NCBI GenBank assembly: GCA_024650005.2
Contig: CP122380.1
Location: 1,600,001-1,664,000 of the forward strand
Reading direction: 5' to 3'
Origin: Candidatus Bathyarchaeum tardum
GTDB lineage: Archaea; Thermoproteota; Bathyarchaeia; Bathyarchaeales; Bathyarchaeaceae
DNA length: 64,000 nt
How positions within the stretch are numbered: position 1 is the first letter of the stretch; each line of letters starts with the position of its first letter. Positions 38,835 to 48,413 of this stretch are shown here, in pieces. The notes under the pieces were generated by a model. The model made no database searches, was not told where the DNA came from, and saw only the letters and a list, made by a program, of their open reading frames with translations. Both the position numbers and the translations under genes were made by a program.

Positions 38835-40286
38835 ATGATTGATTTCGTTGAGCCCGCTAAACCATTTAAACCATTTACCCTTAGTTTCTGGGAAAGACAA
38901 TATGGATCAGAGATTCCGTCTTTCGAATTTAATAGAATTAAAGAATTTTATAATGCTAAACAAGCCAAACGAGCAAACGTAAGTGGTTACGTAAAAAAAG
39001 TTGGTTCTCAACGGTTTCTTCTTTTACCCACTGTGCATAATCCAACTTATCTACTGTGTATTTGTGCAGAGGGGGTAAAGGTTCCTCCAGAAAACAGCTA
39101 CGTTAATGTTGAGGGACAAACCCGCTGGTCTCAATTAAAAATAAGTTCAGATGGAACATATAGAAATGATTCAGACAAAGAAATATCAGTTGAACAATGG
39201 CTGCCTGACACCCCTGATTGGCAAAACAAAATTAAATCTAACATGGATTTTAAAGAGTTCAAAGAAGAAGTTTTTGCAAGTTTTTCCAATATCGAGCCGT
39301 TAGTCCAAAATTTCATAGCATCCCAAATCGTGGGATGCCCAAAATATGATGGCTTTTTTGGCGGGCTTAATCTTTGCCTTTACGATTCAACACAAAATGC
39401 GCTGGCAACAACTCTAGCTAAAGAAATTCGGCGAATTGTCCCAAGAGACATTGGAAAACCCCACACAATAAAGACCCCATATGGAAATGTGCCTTTGAGG
39501 TGCAACTATAACCTAGTTACCATTGATGCAGACACAAAACTTTCACCCAAAGTCAAACTAGCCATGGAAAAAAGAATTGCAAACATTGGATATGACGAAT
39601 TATCATTATATTTTGGGAGCAAAAAAAACCTGCCAAAAACTCTTGAAGAACCCCCTTTTCAACTATCAGATTTTCCGACTACACTTAATGAAGAAGTTGA
39701 ATACCTCAAAAAACGAGCTGACCCCAGCTTGGACGCTTTCAAGTACATGCAAATTCAACATTACATTGCACCAATAATTACCAATACATCAGACATGATT
39801 GACAAAGTCCAAGAAACTTTGGTAAAGTTACCAGAAAGATACGATGTTTCTCCCCAATTGCTTGCACGTTTCAAGTTTCTTGATGCAAGTTATTATGGTA
39901 AACCTCAATCAGTAATGCGTTTGGCTTTAACAAAGACCCGTACAGAAAATCTTGAAAAAATAAATGACAACAACGTTAAGGACGCAATTCAAATGTTTGA
40001 AGAAAATTTTGATTACAACTTTGAACTGTGGCGCGACATGTTCCCAAAAGAAAGTTTAGGAGCAGGTACAGATATTCTATTAAAACAATCACCTGATGAA
40101 AGAAAAATTCTTAGAATAATTGACAAACTTCAAGGAACTAAAGAAAAATGTGTAAGCATTAATGAAATAAGTGAGGGTATTCCTCGTTTGAAAAAAGAAA
40201 TGCTTGAAGAGTTGTTAGAAGAATTATCTAAGAGAGGGTTAATAATAGAGAAACGGTATCACTGTTACAGTTTGATATCTTTTTAG
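38835..40286 (+). CDS. Degenerate, catalytically dead MCM-like protein (OB + AAA+ remnant + winged helix)
   Basis: Colinear motif similarity to the adjacent MCM with Walker A, Walker B, Arg finger and sensor 2 all substituted (see findings). Confidence 0.72.
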   Translation: MIDFVEPAKPFKPFTLSFWERQYGSEIPSFEFNRIKEFYNAKQAKRANVSGYVKKVGSQRFLLLPTVHNPTYLLCICAEGVKVPPENSYVNVEGQTRWSQLKISSDGTYRNDSDKEISVEQWLPDTPDWQNKIKSNMDFKEFKEEVFASFSNIEPLVQNFIASQIVGCPKYDGFFGGLNLCLYDSTQNALATTLAKEIRRIVPRDIGKPHTIKTPYGNVPLRCNYNLVTIDADTKLSPKVKLAMEKRIANIGYDELSLYFGSKKNLPKTLEEPPFQLSDFPTTLNEEVEYLKKRADPSLDAFKYMQIQHYIAPIITNTSDMIDKVQETLVKLPERYDVSPQLLARFKFLDASYYGKPQSVMRLALTKTRTENLEKINDNNVKDAIQMFEENFDYNFELWRDMFPKESLGAGTDILLKQSPDERKILRIIDKLQGTKEKCVSINEISEGIPRLKKEMLEELLEELSKRGLIIEKRYHCYSLISF

Positions 40287-40886
40287 ATGAAAGGAGAAAA
40301 GGGTTTGCCAGCTGACGCAAAAAAAGCGATTCAAGACGCGGATTTCATGTTCGAAAATGCGATCGTTAAGATAGTGGCAAACAGGAACAACCCCGCAATA
40401 GAGCTTCCAGAAATGACAGTTGGTCCGTTCACTGAAGGAAAAGAATACGAAGTTAGATTTTGGGTAGCCAAAGAACTAAAAAAAGCGGGAATCGCCCGAA
40501 TCCGAATCGATGAACCACTTGATTTAATGACTCTTAACAAGATTCATTGGAAAGAGCGCATGCAAGCTTCACAAAAAGTTATGTCGTTGCCTGAAAATTT
40601 TTATCCAAAGCTTCGACGGTTCCTTGAAGAACTAAGCAAAGATGCAATCAAGAACCTAGAAAAAAGAAACGATTACGAAAAAGCAAACAATCTTTCCGAA
40701 GACATAACAAGAATGAGACTCAAAAAGATAGTTTCGTTGGCTTCATCAGGAAGAGGCGACCAAACTGGTCCAATATTGCAGAATTTAACAAAAGAAGAAA
40801 AGTTTGTGTATAACTGCTTGCACAAGGTCCTAAGCGAATGGAAAGAAGAAATCCTAAAACTACAAGGAAGCGACAAACATGACTGA
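40287..40886 (+). CDS. gins23: GINS subunit (GINS23 type, B-domain first)
   Basis: VGPF.EG.EYEV.FWVA.EL...G beta domain then LPENFY helical domain and RLKKIV; directly upstream of mcm. Confidence 0.85.
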   Translation: MKGEKGLPADAKKAIQDADFMFENAIVKIVANRNNPAIELPEMTVGPFTEGKEYEVRFWVAKELKKAGIARIRIDEPLDLMTLNKIHWKERMQASQKVMSLPENFYPKLRRFLEELSKDAIKNLEKRNDYEKANNLSEDITRMRLKKIVSLASSGRGDQTGPILQNLTKEEKFVYNCLHKVLSEWKEEILKLQGSDKHD

Positions 40887-42915
40887 AGAAACAATAACAA
40901 TTGACCCAGAAGCAATATTTCTGGATTTCTTCAAGATGGACAAATACCGTGAACGGATTTCCAGCATGGCAGTTTCGGGAAACACATCATTTGTTGTAGA
41001 TTTTGATGAACTTTTAGCATCTGAACCTAAACTTGCTCAACTCCTTATGGACAAGCCTGACGAATATCTGGAATACGCAAACAGGGCAGCTAAAGCCCAG
41101 TTGCAAATCGAAGAACAAGAATACGCTGAAGAAACTAAAACAATCACAGTAAGATTCAAGGGGCTTCCGGAAGCCACACCTTTACGTATCCTAGGTTCAA
41201 AACACATTGGAAAATTTGTAATGCTAGAGGGAATAGTTGTTCGAGCCAGCCCAGCTCGACCAATGGTAATGGAGGCAGCCTTCAAATGCAAATGGTGCGG
41301 AGCCATGGCGTTTGTTACACAGTCAGGACCGTTTTTAACGGCACCTAATGCATGTAGTGCTCCAGAATGTAGAAGAAAAAGTGCCTTTGATTTTGTTCAA
41401 GAAGAATCTACATTTATTGACTCCCAAGACGTTCGCATTCAAGAACGCCCTGAAGATTTGCCTCCAGGTCAGCTTCCAAGATGGCTTGACATTAAACTTC
41501 TAGAACGTGACCTTGTTGACGCAGCCCGTCCAGGAGACCATATTGCTGTTGTAGGAATTACCAGAGCTCATGCTACCCGATTGCCAAAAGTTGGTCAACT
41601 TAGATCCTTCACGTTACAGTTGGACACTAATTACATTGACGTAGAAAGCAAAGAACCAGAAAAGATTCTTATCACGCCTGAAGAGGAAGAACAAATTCTG
41701 GAGCTATCCAAAGATCCCGAAGTTCATAACAAGATTTTGCAATCTTTGGCACCTTCAATATACGGTAACGAACACCTCAAAGAAGCCGTCATGTATCTGT
41801 TGTTTGGAGGAACAGCTAAACACTTCCCAGATATCACCATCCGTGGTGACATGAACGTTCTGATTGTAGGTGACCCAGGTACTGCAAAGTCTCAACTTTT
41901 GCAGTATGTATCTAAGATTGCTCCCCGTGGTTTGTATACGTCGGGTCGTGGAACTACTGCGGCAGGTTTGACTGCTGCGGTTCTTCGTGACAAGACAGGC
42001 GGCATGACCTTAGAAGCCGGAGCCCTAGTTTTGGCAGATAAAGGTGTTGCTGCTATCGACGAAATGGACAAAATGCGTACAGAAGACCGTGTCGCCATTC
42101 ACGAAGTCATGGAACAGCACACTGTTTCGATTGCAAAAGGTGGTATTGTTGCAACCTTGAACGCTCGCACATCGGTTTTGGCGGCGGCGAACCCCACGTT
42201 GGGACGTTACGACCCATACAGGACAGTAAGTGAAAACATTTCGTTGCCAGTTACTATCCTTTCACGTTTTGACCTGATTTTTGTTCTACGAGACGTCCCA
42301 GAAGAAGAAAAAGATGCCCGAACAACAGAACACATCCTTGATTTGCACAGACGAGGAACAATCCCTACTGAGGCTCCGATTAATTCTGAGTTGTTCCGAA
42401 AGTATGTTAGTTACTCCAAAAACATGCATCCAACTCTTTCTCAAGAGGCTCTGGATTGCTTGAAAGATTTCTACTTGCGTATGCGTGCAGCCAGCGAAAC
42501 TGAGGGAACACCTGTAGCCATTACTGCAAGGCAGTTAGAGTCCTTGGTTCGTGTTGCAGAAGCCAGAGCACGTATAGCATTAAAAGATAAAGTTGAACTT
42601 GAAGATGCAGAACATGCCATTGAGATCATGAAGATTTCCCTTGAACAAGTTGGAATCGACATTTCTTCACAAAAATTTGACATCGACATTATCATGACCG
42701 GCAAACCAAAGAGTCTACGGGATAAGCTGTCAATAATTTTGGGCTTGATCACTACCATGGAAAAGGAAACCGGAATGGTCGACAAAGAACGCCTAATGGA
42801 GCGGTTACAAACTGAGTACGATGTATTAAGTGGAGAAGCTGAACGTATGATTAATCAGATGCTAAAAGAAGGAACATTATTTGAGCCCAAGAATGGTTTC
42901 CTCAAGAAGACTTGA
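40879..42915 (+). CDS. mcm: Replicative helicase MCM
   Basis: C4 Zn finger, IQERPE.LPPGQLPR, GDPGTAKSQ, IDEMDKM, MEQ.TVSIAKGG, AAANP, SRFD, ITARQLE. Confidence 0.98.
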   Translation: MTEETITIDPEAIFLDFFKMDKYRERISSMAVSGNTSFVVDFDELLASEPKLAQLLMDKPDEYLEYANRAAKAQLQIEEQEYAEETKTITVRFKGLPEATPLRILGSKHIGKFVMLEGIVVRASPARPMVMEAAFKCKWCGAMAFVTQSGPFLTAPNACSAPECRRKSAFDFVQEESTFIDSQDVRIQERPEDLPPGQLPRWLDIKLLERDLVDAARPGDHIAVVGITRAHATRLPKVGQLRSFTLQLDTNYIDVESKEPEKILITPEEEEQILELSKDPEVHNKILQSLAPSIYGNEHLKEAVMYLLFGGTAKHFPDITIRGDMNVLIVGDPGTAKSQLLQYVSKIAPRGLYTSGRGTTAAGLTAAVLRDKTGGMTLEAGALVLADKGVAAIDEMDKMRTEDRVAIHEVMEQHTVSIAKGGIVATLNARTSVLAAANPTLGRYDPYRTVSENISLPVTILSRFDLIFVLRDVPEEEKDARTTEHILDLHRRGTIPTEAPINSELFRKYVSYSKNMHPTLSQEALDCLKDFYLRMRAASETEGTPVAITARQLESLVRVAEARARIALKDKVELEDAEHAIEIMKISLEQVGIDISSQKFDIDIIMTGKPKSLRDKLSIILGLITTMEKETGMVDKERLMERLQTEYDVLSGEAERMINQMLKEGTLFEPKNGFLKKT

Positions 42916-42932
42916 ACTAAAGGTCAGCAACG

Positions 42933-45167
42933 TTGAAAGTAGAAGAACTGCCCCTTCATGATTCAGCTAAACAGGTTTTAATCCAGTTAGGTCTTACTGA
43001 ACTGTATCCACCCCAAGAAGAAGCAGTGCATGCAGGTGCGTTAAACGGAAAAAATCTAGTTTTGGCAAGCCCCACCGCTTCGGGCAAAACCTTGGTTGCA
43101 GAATTGTGTGCTCTAAAACACATTTTGGAAAATGATGGAAAGGTTTTGTATTTGTCTCCCCTGCGGGCGTTGGCTAGTGAAAAATATGAAGAATTCCAAA
43201 AATACACCAGTATACGAAAACCAAATGGACGAAAAATCAGCATTGGAATAAGCACTGGAGACTTTGACGGCAGCGACCCATGGATGGGGAAACATGATGT
43301 TGTTATAACTACTAACGAGAAAGCAGATTCTCTTCTTCGGCACCGAACCAAATGGGTAAACGATATCACTCTTGTCGTTGCTGATGAGGTTCATCTTTTG
43401 AATGATGCAAGCCGTGGACCAACCCTTGAGGTGGTTTTGGCTCGTCTGATGCAGGTTAATCCTGATGTTCAGTTGTTGGTTTTGAGTGCAACCATAAAAA
43501 ATGTTGGAGAAGTTGCAGATTGGCTGAAAGCAATTTCAGTTACTACAGAATGGCGACCTGTAACTCTCCGAGAAGGAGTAATCATCGGGGATGAAATTCA
43601 TTTCAAAGATGGTGGAGCACAAAAAATCGATAACAGCGCCAAAAATCCTACATTAAACTTGGCAGTTTATACAGTAAAATCAGGAAATCAAGCTTTAGCT
43701 TTTGCTGGCACTAGAAGAAATTCTATAAGTTTGGCAAAAAAAATTGCGACCAAAATTAAGCCTCATTTATCTAAGCCTATGAAACGTTCTTTGAATCAGT
43801 TGGCTGAGCAAATTCTTGCAACCGGTGAGCGAACAAGACTCGGAGAACAGCTAGCAGAAGTTGTCAGAGGTGGTGCAGCGTTTCATCATGCAGGATTAAG
43901 CGGTGGTCACCGAAAAATTATTGAAAACTCGTTCAAAGAAGGAAAAATTAAGGTCTTAACAGCTACTCCAACGTTAGCCATTGGAATGAACCTTCCAGCG
44001 CGGGTGGTAATAATTAATGAATATCGCAGGTACGAGCCGGGATATGGGTATTATCCGATTCCAGTTCTTGAGTATAAGCAGATGGCGGGACGAGCCGGAA
44101 GACCCAGATACGACAAGTTTGGAGATTCCATTCTGGTAGCAAAAACAGAAGATGAACGTGACTACCTTATGGAAAATTATATTCTTGCAGAAACAGAACA
44201 AATCTGGTCCAAACTTGCTGTAGAAAAGATTTTGCGATCCCATGTTTTGGCTACTATTGCGTCAGATTTTGCTCACAGCGAACAAGGAATCTACGAGTTT
44301 TTTGGCAAGACATTTTATGCTCACCAGTATGACCCTCGGGCAATAAAGGGAGTTATTCAGAAAAGTTTGGGGTTTTTGTTCACAGAAAAAATGATTGAAC
44401 TGGACAAAAACAACATTTTAGCTACTCCCTTTGGACGAAGAGTCTCTGAGCTGTATATCGACCCTTTAACTGGAGTTACCATAAGGGATGCTTTAACGAA
44501 CCGTGCGGATAACGTAACTGATGTTAGTTTTCTGCACATGATCTCCCGCACTCCAGATATGTACCCCAAATTACGTCCATATAATACTGAAATGGATAAC
44601 CTGCAATTCTTTATTGAAGACCACCAAAACGAGTTCATGTTTGATCTTCCGGACCCGTGGATGGACCGAATCGGGTTTGAAGAATTTCTGGGTGAAGCTA
44701 AAATGGCGTTGGTTCTTGATTCGTGGATGAACGAAACCACAGAAGATCAAATGATAGAACAATTCAAAGTTCAGCCCGGAGATCTTTACAGGTTAATTTC
44801 AAACGCTAAATGGCTGGTTCATGCTTCCCACGAGCTAGCGTCCTTGTTCAAACACAAAGACTTGCTACAGAAATTGTCTAGGTTAACAGTAAGAATTGAG
44901 AAGGGAGTAAAACCCGAACTGCTTTCCTTAGTTTCACTGCAAGGTGTTGGAAGAGCCCGCGCCAGAGTGCTATTCGATTCGGGAGTCAAAACAATTGACG
45001 ATATCAAAACAGTTCCATTATCAAAGTTAGTTGGCTTGCCTTTAATTGGAGCAAAAGTTGCTCAAAAAATAAAGAAACAAGTAGGTGGTATTGTGGAAAT
45101 GCACGAAACTCAGAGCCTAGATCCTAAAAAACAAGCAAAGAAACAACGGTCATTAACAGACTTTTAG
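42933..45167 (+). CDS. hel308: Ski2-like DNA helicase Hel308/Hjm
   Basis: LYPPQ, PTASGKT, DEVH, LSAT, HHAGL, QMAGRAGRP, C-terminal HhH. Confidence 0.95.
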   Translation: MKVEELPLHDSAKQVLIQLGLTELYPPQEEAVHAGALNGKNLVLASPTASGKTLVAELCALKHILENDGKVLYLSPLRALASEKYEEFQKYTSIRKPNGRKISIGISTGDFDGSDPWMGKHDVVITTNEKADSLLRHRTKWVNDITLVVADEVHLLNDASRGPTLEVVLARLMQVNPDVQLLVLSATIKNVGEVADWLKAISVTTEWRPVTLREGVIIGDEIHFKDGGAQKIDNSAKNPTLNLAVYTVKSGNQALAFAGTRRNSISLAKKIATKIKPHLSKPMKRSLNQLAEQILATGERTRLGEQLAEVVRGGAAFHHAGLSGGHRKIIENSFKEGKIKVLTATPTLAIGMNLPARVVIINEYRRYEPGYGYYPIPVLEYKQMAGRAGRPRYDKFGDSILVAKTEDERDYLMENYILAETEQIWSKLAVEKILRSHVLATIASDFAHSEQGIYEFFGKTFYAHQYDPRAIKGVIQKSLGFLFTEKMIELDKNNILATPFGRRVSELYIDPLTGVTIRDALTNRADNVTDVSFLHMISRTPDMYPKLRPYNTEMDNLQFFIEDHQNEFMFDLPDPWMDRIGFEEFLGEAKMALVLDSWMNETTEDQMIEQFKVQPGDLYRLISNAKWLVHASHELASLFKHKDLLQKLSRLTVRIEKGVKPELLSLVSLQGVGRARARVLFDSGVKTIDDIKTVPLSKLVGLPLIGAKVAQKIKKQVGGIVEMHETQSLDPKKQAKKQRSLTDF

Positions 45168-46534
45168 TCGGTTAAACCGCGAGCTTTTCGTTCTTGTTTT
45201 GTTTTTTGTATAACACGTTCAATCTGTTGAGGAACAGTTCCCAAGTAGTTTCGGGGGTCCATTACTTTTTCAAGTTCTTCGGGTGTCAGTAACTCTTTGA
45301 TGGTGCTGTTTTCTGACAAAGCGTCTTTAAATTCTCGTTGTTCGTTGTGGCTTTCTATTGCCAGCTGTCGGGTGAGTTCGTGAGCTTTTTGGCGTCCTAG
45401 TCCTTTCTTGGCTAGGGTTAGCATTACTGATTCGGACATCATTCTTCCTTGGGTTATGTTCATATTTTGGCTCATTCTTGTTTCGTCGATTTGCAGCCCT
45501 TTTAGGACGCGTACCATCAAAATCAGCATGTAATCGATTAAGATGCATTCTTCAGGAATTACAAAACGTTCACAAGAAGATTGAGTTAAATCCCGTTCAT
45601 GCCAGGTTCGAACATTTTCCAAAGCAGGAGAAACTAGGCTTCTTAGTATTTTAGCTAAACCACAGATGCGCTCAGAAATCATTGGGTTACGTTTATGCGG
45701 CATAGTTGAGCTGCCAACTTGCTTTTTTTGTTCAAAGGCTTCAAAAGCTTCCGCAATTTCTGGTCGTTGCAGTTGTCGAATCTCGTTGGCTATGTTATCC
45801 ATACTACAGGCAAGAATAGCCAAGGTGCAAGTTAATTCAGCATAACGGTCTCGTTGAACAATCTGGGTAGAAATGTCTGCGGCGTCAATGCCAAGGCGTT
45901 GCATAACTAGTTCCTGAATTTCTAAGGCTTTTGGTCCTAACCCTGCTTGGGTTCCTACGGCGCCACTCATTTTTCCATCCAGTAACCGTTTTTTGCAGTT
46001 ATGAAGACGTTGAATGTTTCGGGCAATTTCTCGGGTCCAAACGGAGGCTTTGAACCCAAAAGTTGTGGGCAAAGCATGTTGACCATGGCTTCTGCCCATC
46101 ATTATGCTTGTTTTGTGTTTTTCAGCTCGCTCTAACAGGACAGATTCTAATTCATTAAGGCGGTTTTCGATCACATTTACAGCTTCTTTTAGTTGCAAAG
46201 CTGTTGCAGTATCAAGCATGTCAGAGCTGGTTGCCCCCAAATGAACAAACTCTCCGCTGGAGCCGCACTGTTCAGCTAGGGCTCTTACGAGGGCCATTAC
46301 GTCATGTCGGATTTCGTTTTCAATTGCTTTTACCCGCTCAAGTTTAACATAATTTATGGATGCTTTTTCAACAATTATTTTAGCATCTTTTTTGGGTATG
46401 TTTCCTACTTGGCTGTGAGCCCATGCTAGTGCTCCTTCTACTTCCAGCATTTTTTGGAGCCGGTTTTCTTCGTCAAAGATTTTTCTCATTTCAGGGGATC
46501 CATAACGACCAGTGTCAATTGGAATAATGGGCAA
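45164..46534 (-). CDS. purB: Adenylosuccinate lyase
   Basis: RYGS.EM, RHDVMA, HLGATSSD, GRSHGQHA.PTT, GSSTMPHKRNP, HERDL; GGAGG SD before TTG 46534. Confidence 0.96.
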   Translation of the reverse strand: MPIIPIDTGRYGSPEMRKIFDEENRLQKMLEVEGALAWAHSQVGNIPKKDAKIIVEKASINYVKLERVKAIENEIRHDVMALVRALAEQCGSSGEFVHLGATSSDMLDTATALQLKEAVNVIENRLNELESVLLERAEKHKTSIMMGRSHGQHALPTTFGFKASVWTREIARNIQRLHNCKKRLLDGKMSGAVGTQAGLGPKALEIQELVMQRLGIDAADISTQIVQRDRYAELTCTLAILACSMDNIANEIRQLQRPEIAEAFEAFEQKKQVGSSTMPHKRNPMISERICGLAKILRSLVSPALENVRTWHERDLTQSSCERFVIPEECILIDYMLILMVRVLKGLQIDETRMSQNMNITQGRMMSESVMLTLAKKGLGRQKAHELTRQLAIESHNEQREFKDALSENSTIKELLTPEELEKVMDPRNYLGTVPQQIERVIQKTKQERKARGLTD

Positions 46535-46623
46535 ACTTGATTTCCTCCACAAACGTAACATTAATGATTATACTAACCTTTACTATTTTCGCCTAAAAAT
46601 AATGTGTTGTAGAGGGAGAAAAA

Positions 46624-48081
46624 TTGGGTGCATTAGTTGGAGCAGTAAACAAGAAACAAGAAAACGCCGCAGGCACTGTAATTGAAATGATGCATGAGTT
46701 AACTCACCGAGGAAAAGGGGGTTACGGAATCGCAACATATGATTCAACTAAAACATCTATCACCTTTGAAGAAATAAAAAACATCAACAACTGCAACTCA
46801 GATATTATAATAGGACACAACCTTTCTTGTATAATGTCCCGAGATAAGCCCCAACCAGTCCAAGGAGAAAAATTTACTATTGTTTTTGAGGGACGATTGT
46901 ATCCTGCACCAACTATTCCCGGAGAGAATGAAGCAGAAAAAATTGCCAAAAAACTTGGTTCCAAGCCTTTACGAAACGCTGAAAAAATACTGGAAAAATG
47001 GGGGGCATATGTTTTTGCTATAGCCCAAAAAGACAAAATCATTGTAGGCAGAGACGTTTTTGGCACAGTTCCCTTGTATTATGGAGAAAACGAAGAAGTA
47101 TGTGCTGTTGCTTCTGAACGTAAAGCTTTGTGGAGAATTGGAATACAAAAAGTACAATCCTTTCCTCCGGGGCAGTTAGCAGTTATTAACAAAGAAGGGT
47201 TTGTGTTCCATAAAGTTGACCAGTTGCATGTTCCCCCTAAAGAAAAAATTGACATGGAAACTGCATGCCGTGCTTTGTATCTTTTGTTGTTGGAAACTAA
47301 CAGAAAACAGCTTTCAGATTTGAACTCTGTTGCAGTAGCCTTTTCAGGAGGCGTAGACAGCAGCGTGGTGGCAGCACTAGCAAGAGATGTTGGTTTAGAT
47401 GTTCAGTTGATTTCGGTAGGACTTGAAAATCAACCAGAAGTAATGTTTACTAAACAAGCTGCAGAATCTTTAGATTTGCCGATTCATGTTCAAACATACA
47501 CAGAAAAAGAACTTGAACAAACCCTGCCCAAAGCATTATGGTTAACTGAAGAACCAAACCCAGTTAGTGCATCTATTGCAGTTCCCTTTTATTGGTTAGC
47601 AGAAACAGCATCCAAACTTGAACATCCCGTTTTGTTGGCGGGTCAAGGAGCAGATGAACTCTTTGGTGGATACCAACGTTACGTTACAGAATACGAAAAA
47701 TCAGGTGAAGTTGCGGTAGAGCAAAAACTGTTTTTTGATGTTGAAAATGCGTACAGCACAAATTTTCAGCGGGATAATCATGTGTGTGCATACCATGGAA
47801 TAGAACTTAGACTGCCTTTCATCAACAAGGATGTTATCGAGTTTGCATTACGATTGCCTTTCAAGTTCAAAATTAATTCGACTGAAGATAAACTTCGCAA
47901 ACACATTCTACGAAGAGTAGCCCACGACAATTTTGAAATTCCCAAACTGCTGTCAGACAAACCCAAAAAAGCGGTTCAGTACACTACTGGTGTAACAAAA
48001 GGGCTTCAACACATAGCAAAAGAAAACAAGATGACATTACGTGAATATGTTGAAGATGCATTCAAAAAAGTTCATTGTTGA
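46624..48081 (+). CDS. asnB: Asparagine synthetase B-like protein lacking the N-terminal catalytic Cys
   Basis: HRG, RDVFG..PLYY, ASERKAL, FSGGVDSS, GQGADELFGGY, ELRLPF, KKAVQY; starts MGAL rather than MCGI. Confidence 0.85.
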   Translation: MGALVGAVNKKQENAAGTVIEMMHELTHRGKGGYGIATYDSTKTSITFEEIKNINNCNSDIIIGHNLSCIMSRDKPQPVQGEKFTIVFEGRLYPAPTIPGENEAEKIAKKLGSKPLRNAEKILEKWGAYVFAIAQKDKIIVGRDVFGTVPLYYGENEEVCAVASERKALWRIGIQKVQSFPPGQLAVINKEGFVFHKVDQLHVPPKEKIDMETACRALYLLLLETNRKQLSDLNSVAVAFSGGVDSSVVAALARDVGLDVQLISVGLENQPEVMFTKQAAESLDLPIHVQTYTEKELEQTLPKALWLTEEPNPVSASIAVPFYWLAETASKLEHPVLLAGQGADELFGGYQRYVTEYEKSGEVAVEQKLFFDVENAYSTNFQRDNHVCAYHGIELRLPFINKDVIEFALRLPFKFKINSTEDKLRKHILRRVAHDNFEIPKLLSDKPKKAVQYTTGVTKGLQHIAKENKMTLREYVEDAFKKVHC

Positions 48082-48104
48082 AAAAAATAAAAAATAAAAT
48101 TGTT

Positions 48105-48129
48105 AAGGGAAAACTAACAGTTTCCCCTA
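48105..48129. terminator. Hairpin between convergent asnB and ferredoxin genes
   Basis: AGGGAAAACT-aac-AGTTTCCCCT imperfect inverted repeat. Confidence 0.5.
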
Positions 48130-48158
48130 AACGGGGTTTTTGATTTCGAGTTATTGGT

Positions 48159-48341
48159 TTACTCGATGACTTGAATTGCGCCTTCTGGGCATTGCATTTC
48201 ACATGCGCGACATACTAAGCAGTCTTCTAGGGCTACGACGACGGCTTTTCCGTCTTTCATTTCGTAAACTCCTACTGGACAAGTGTCAACACATGTTTCG
48301 CATCCAGTGCATTTGTCAACATCGATTTTGATTTCAACCAT
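48159..48341 (-). CDS. 2x[4Fe-4S] ferredoxin
   Basis: CTGCETCVDTCP and CLVCRACEMQCP. Confidence 0.95.
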   Translation of the reverse strand: MVEIKIDVDKCTGCETCVDTCPVGVYEMKDGKAVVVALEDCLVCRACEMQCPEGAIQVIE

Positions 48342-48413
48342 TAGTCATTCAACTCCACTTTAGATTTTAATCAAAATAAGCAACTAAATAAAAACGTTTC
48401 CAAAAAAAGAAAA

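Noticed and set aside
36687-45167. Inteins in RFC, MCM or Hel308 (also RadA, Cdc6)
   Set aside because: Proteins are normal length with contiguous motifs
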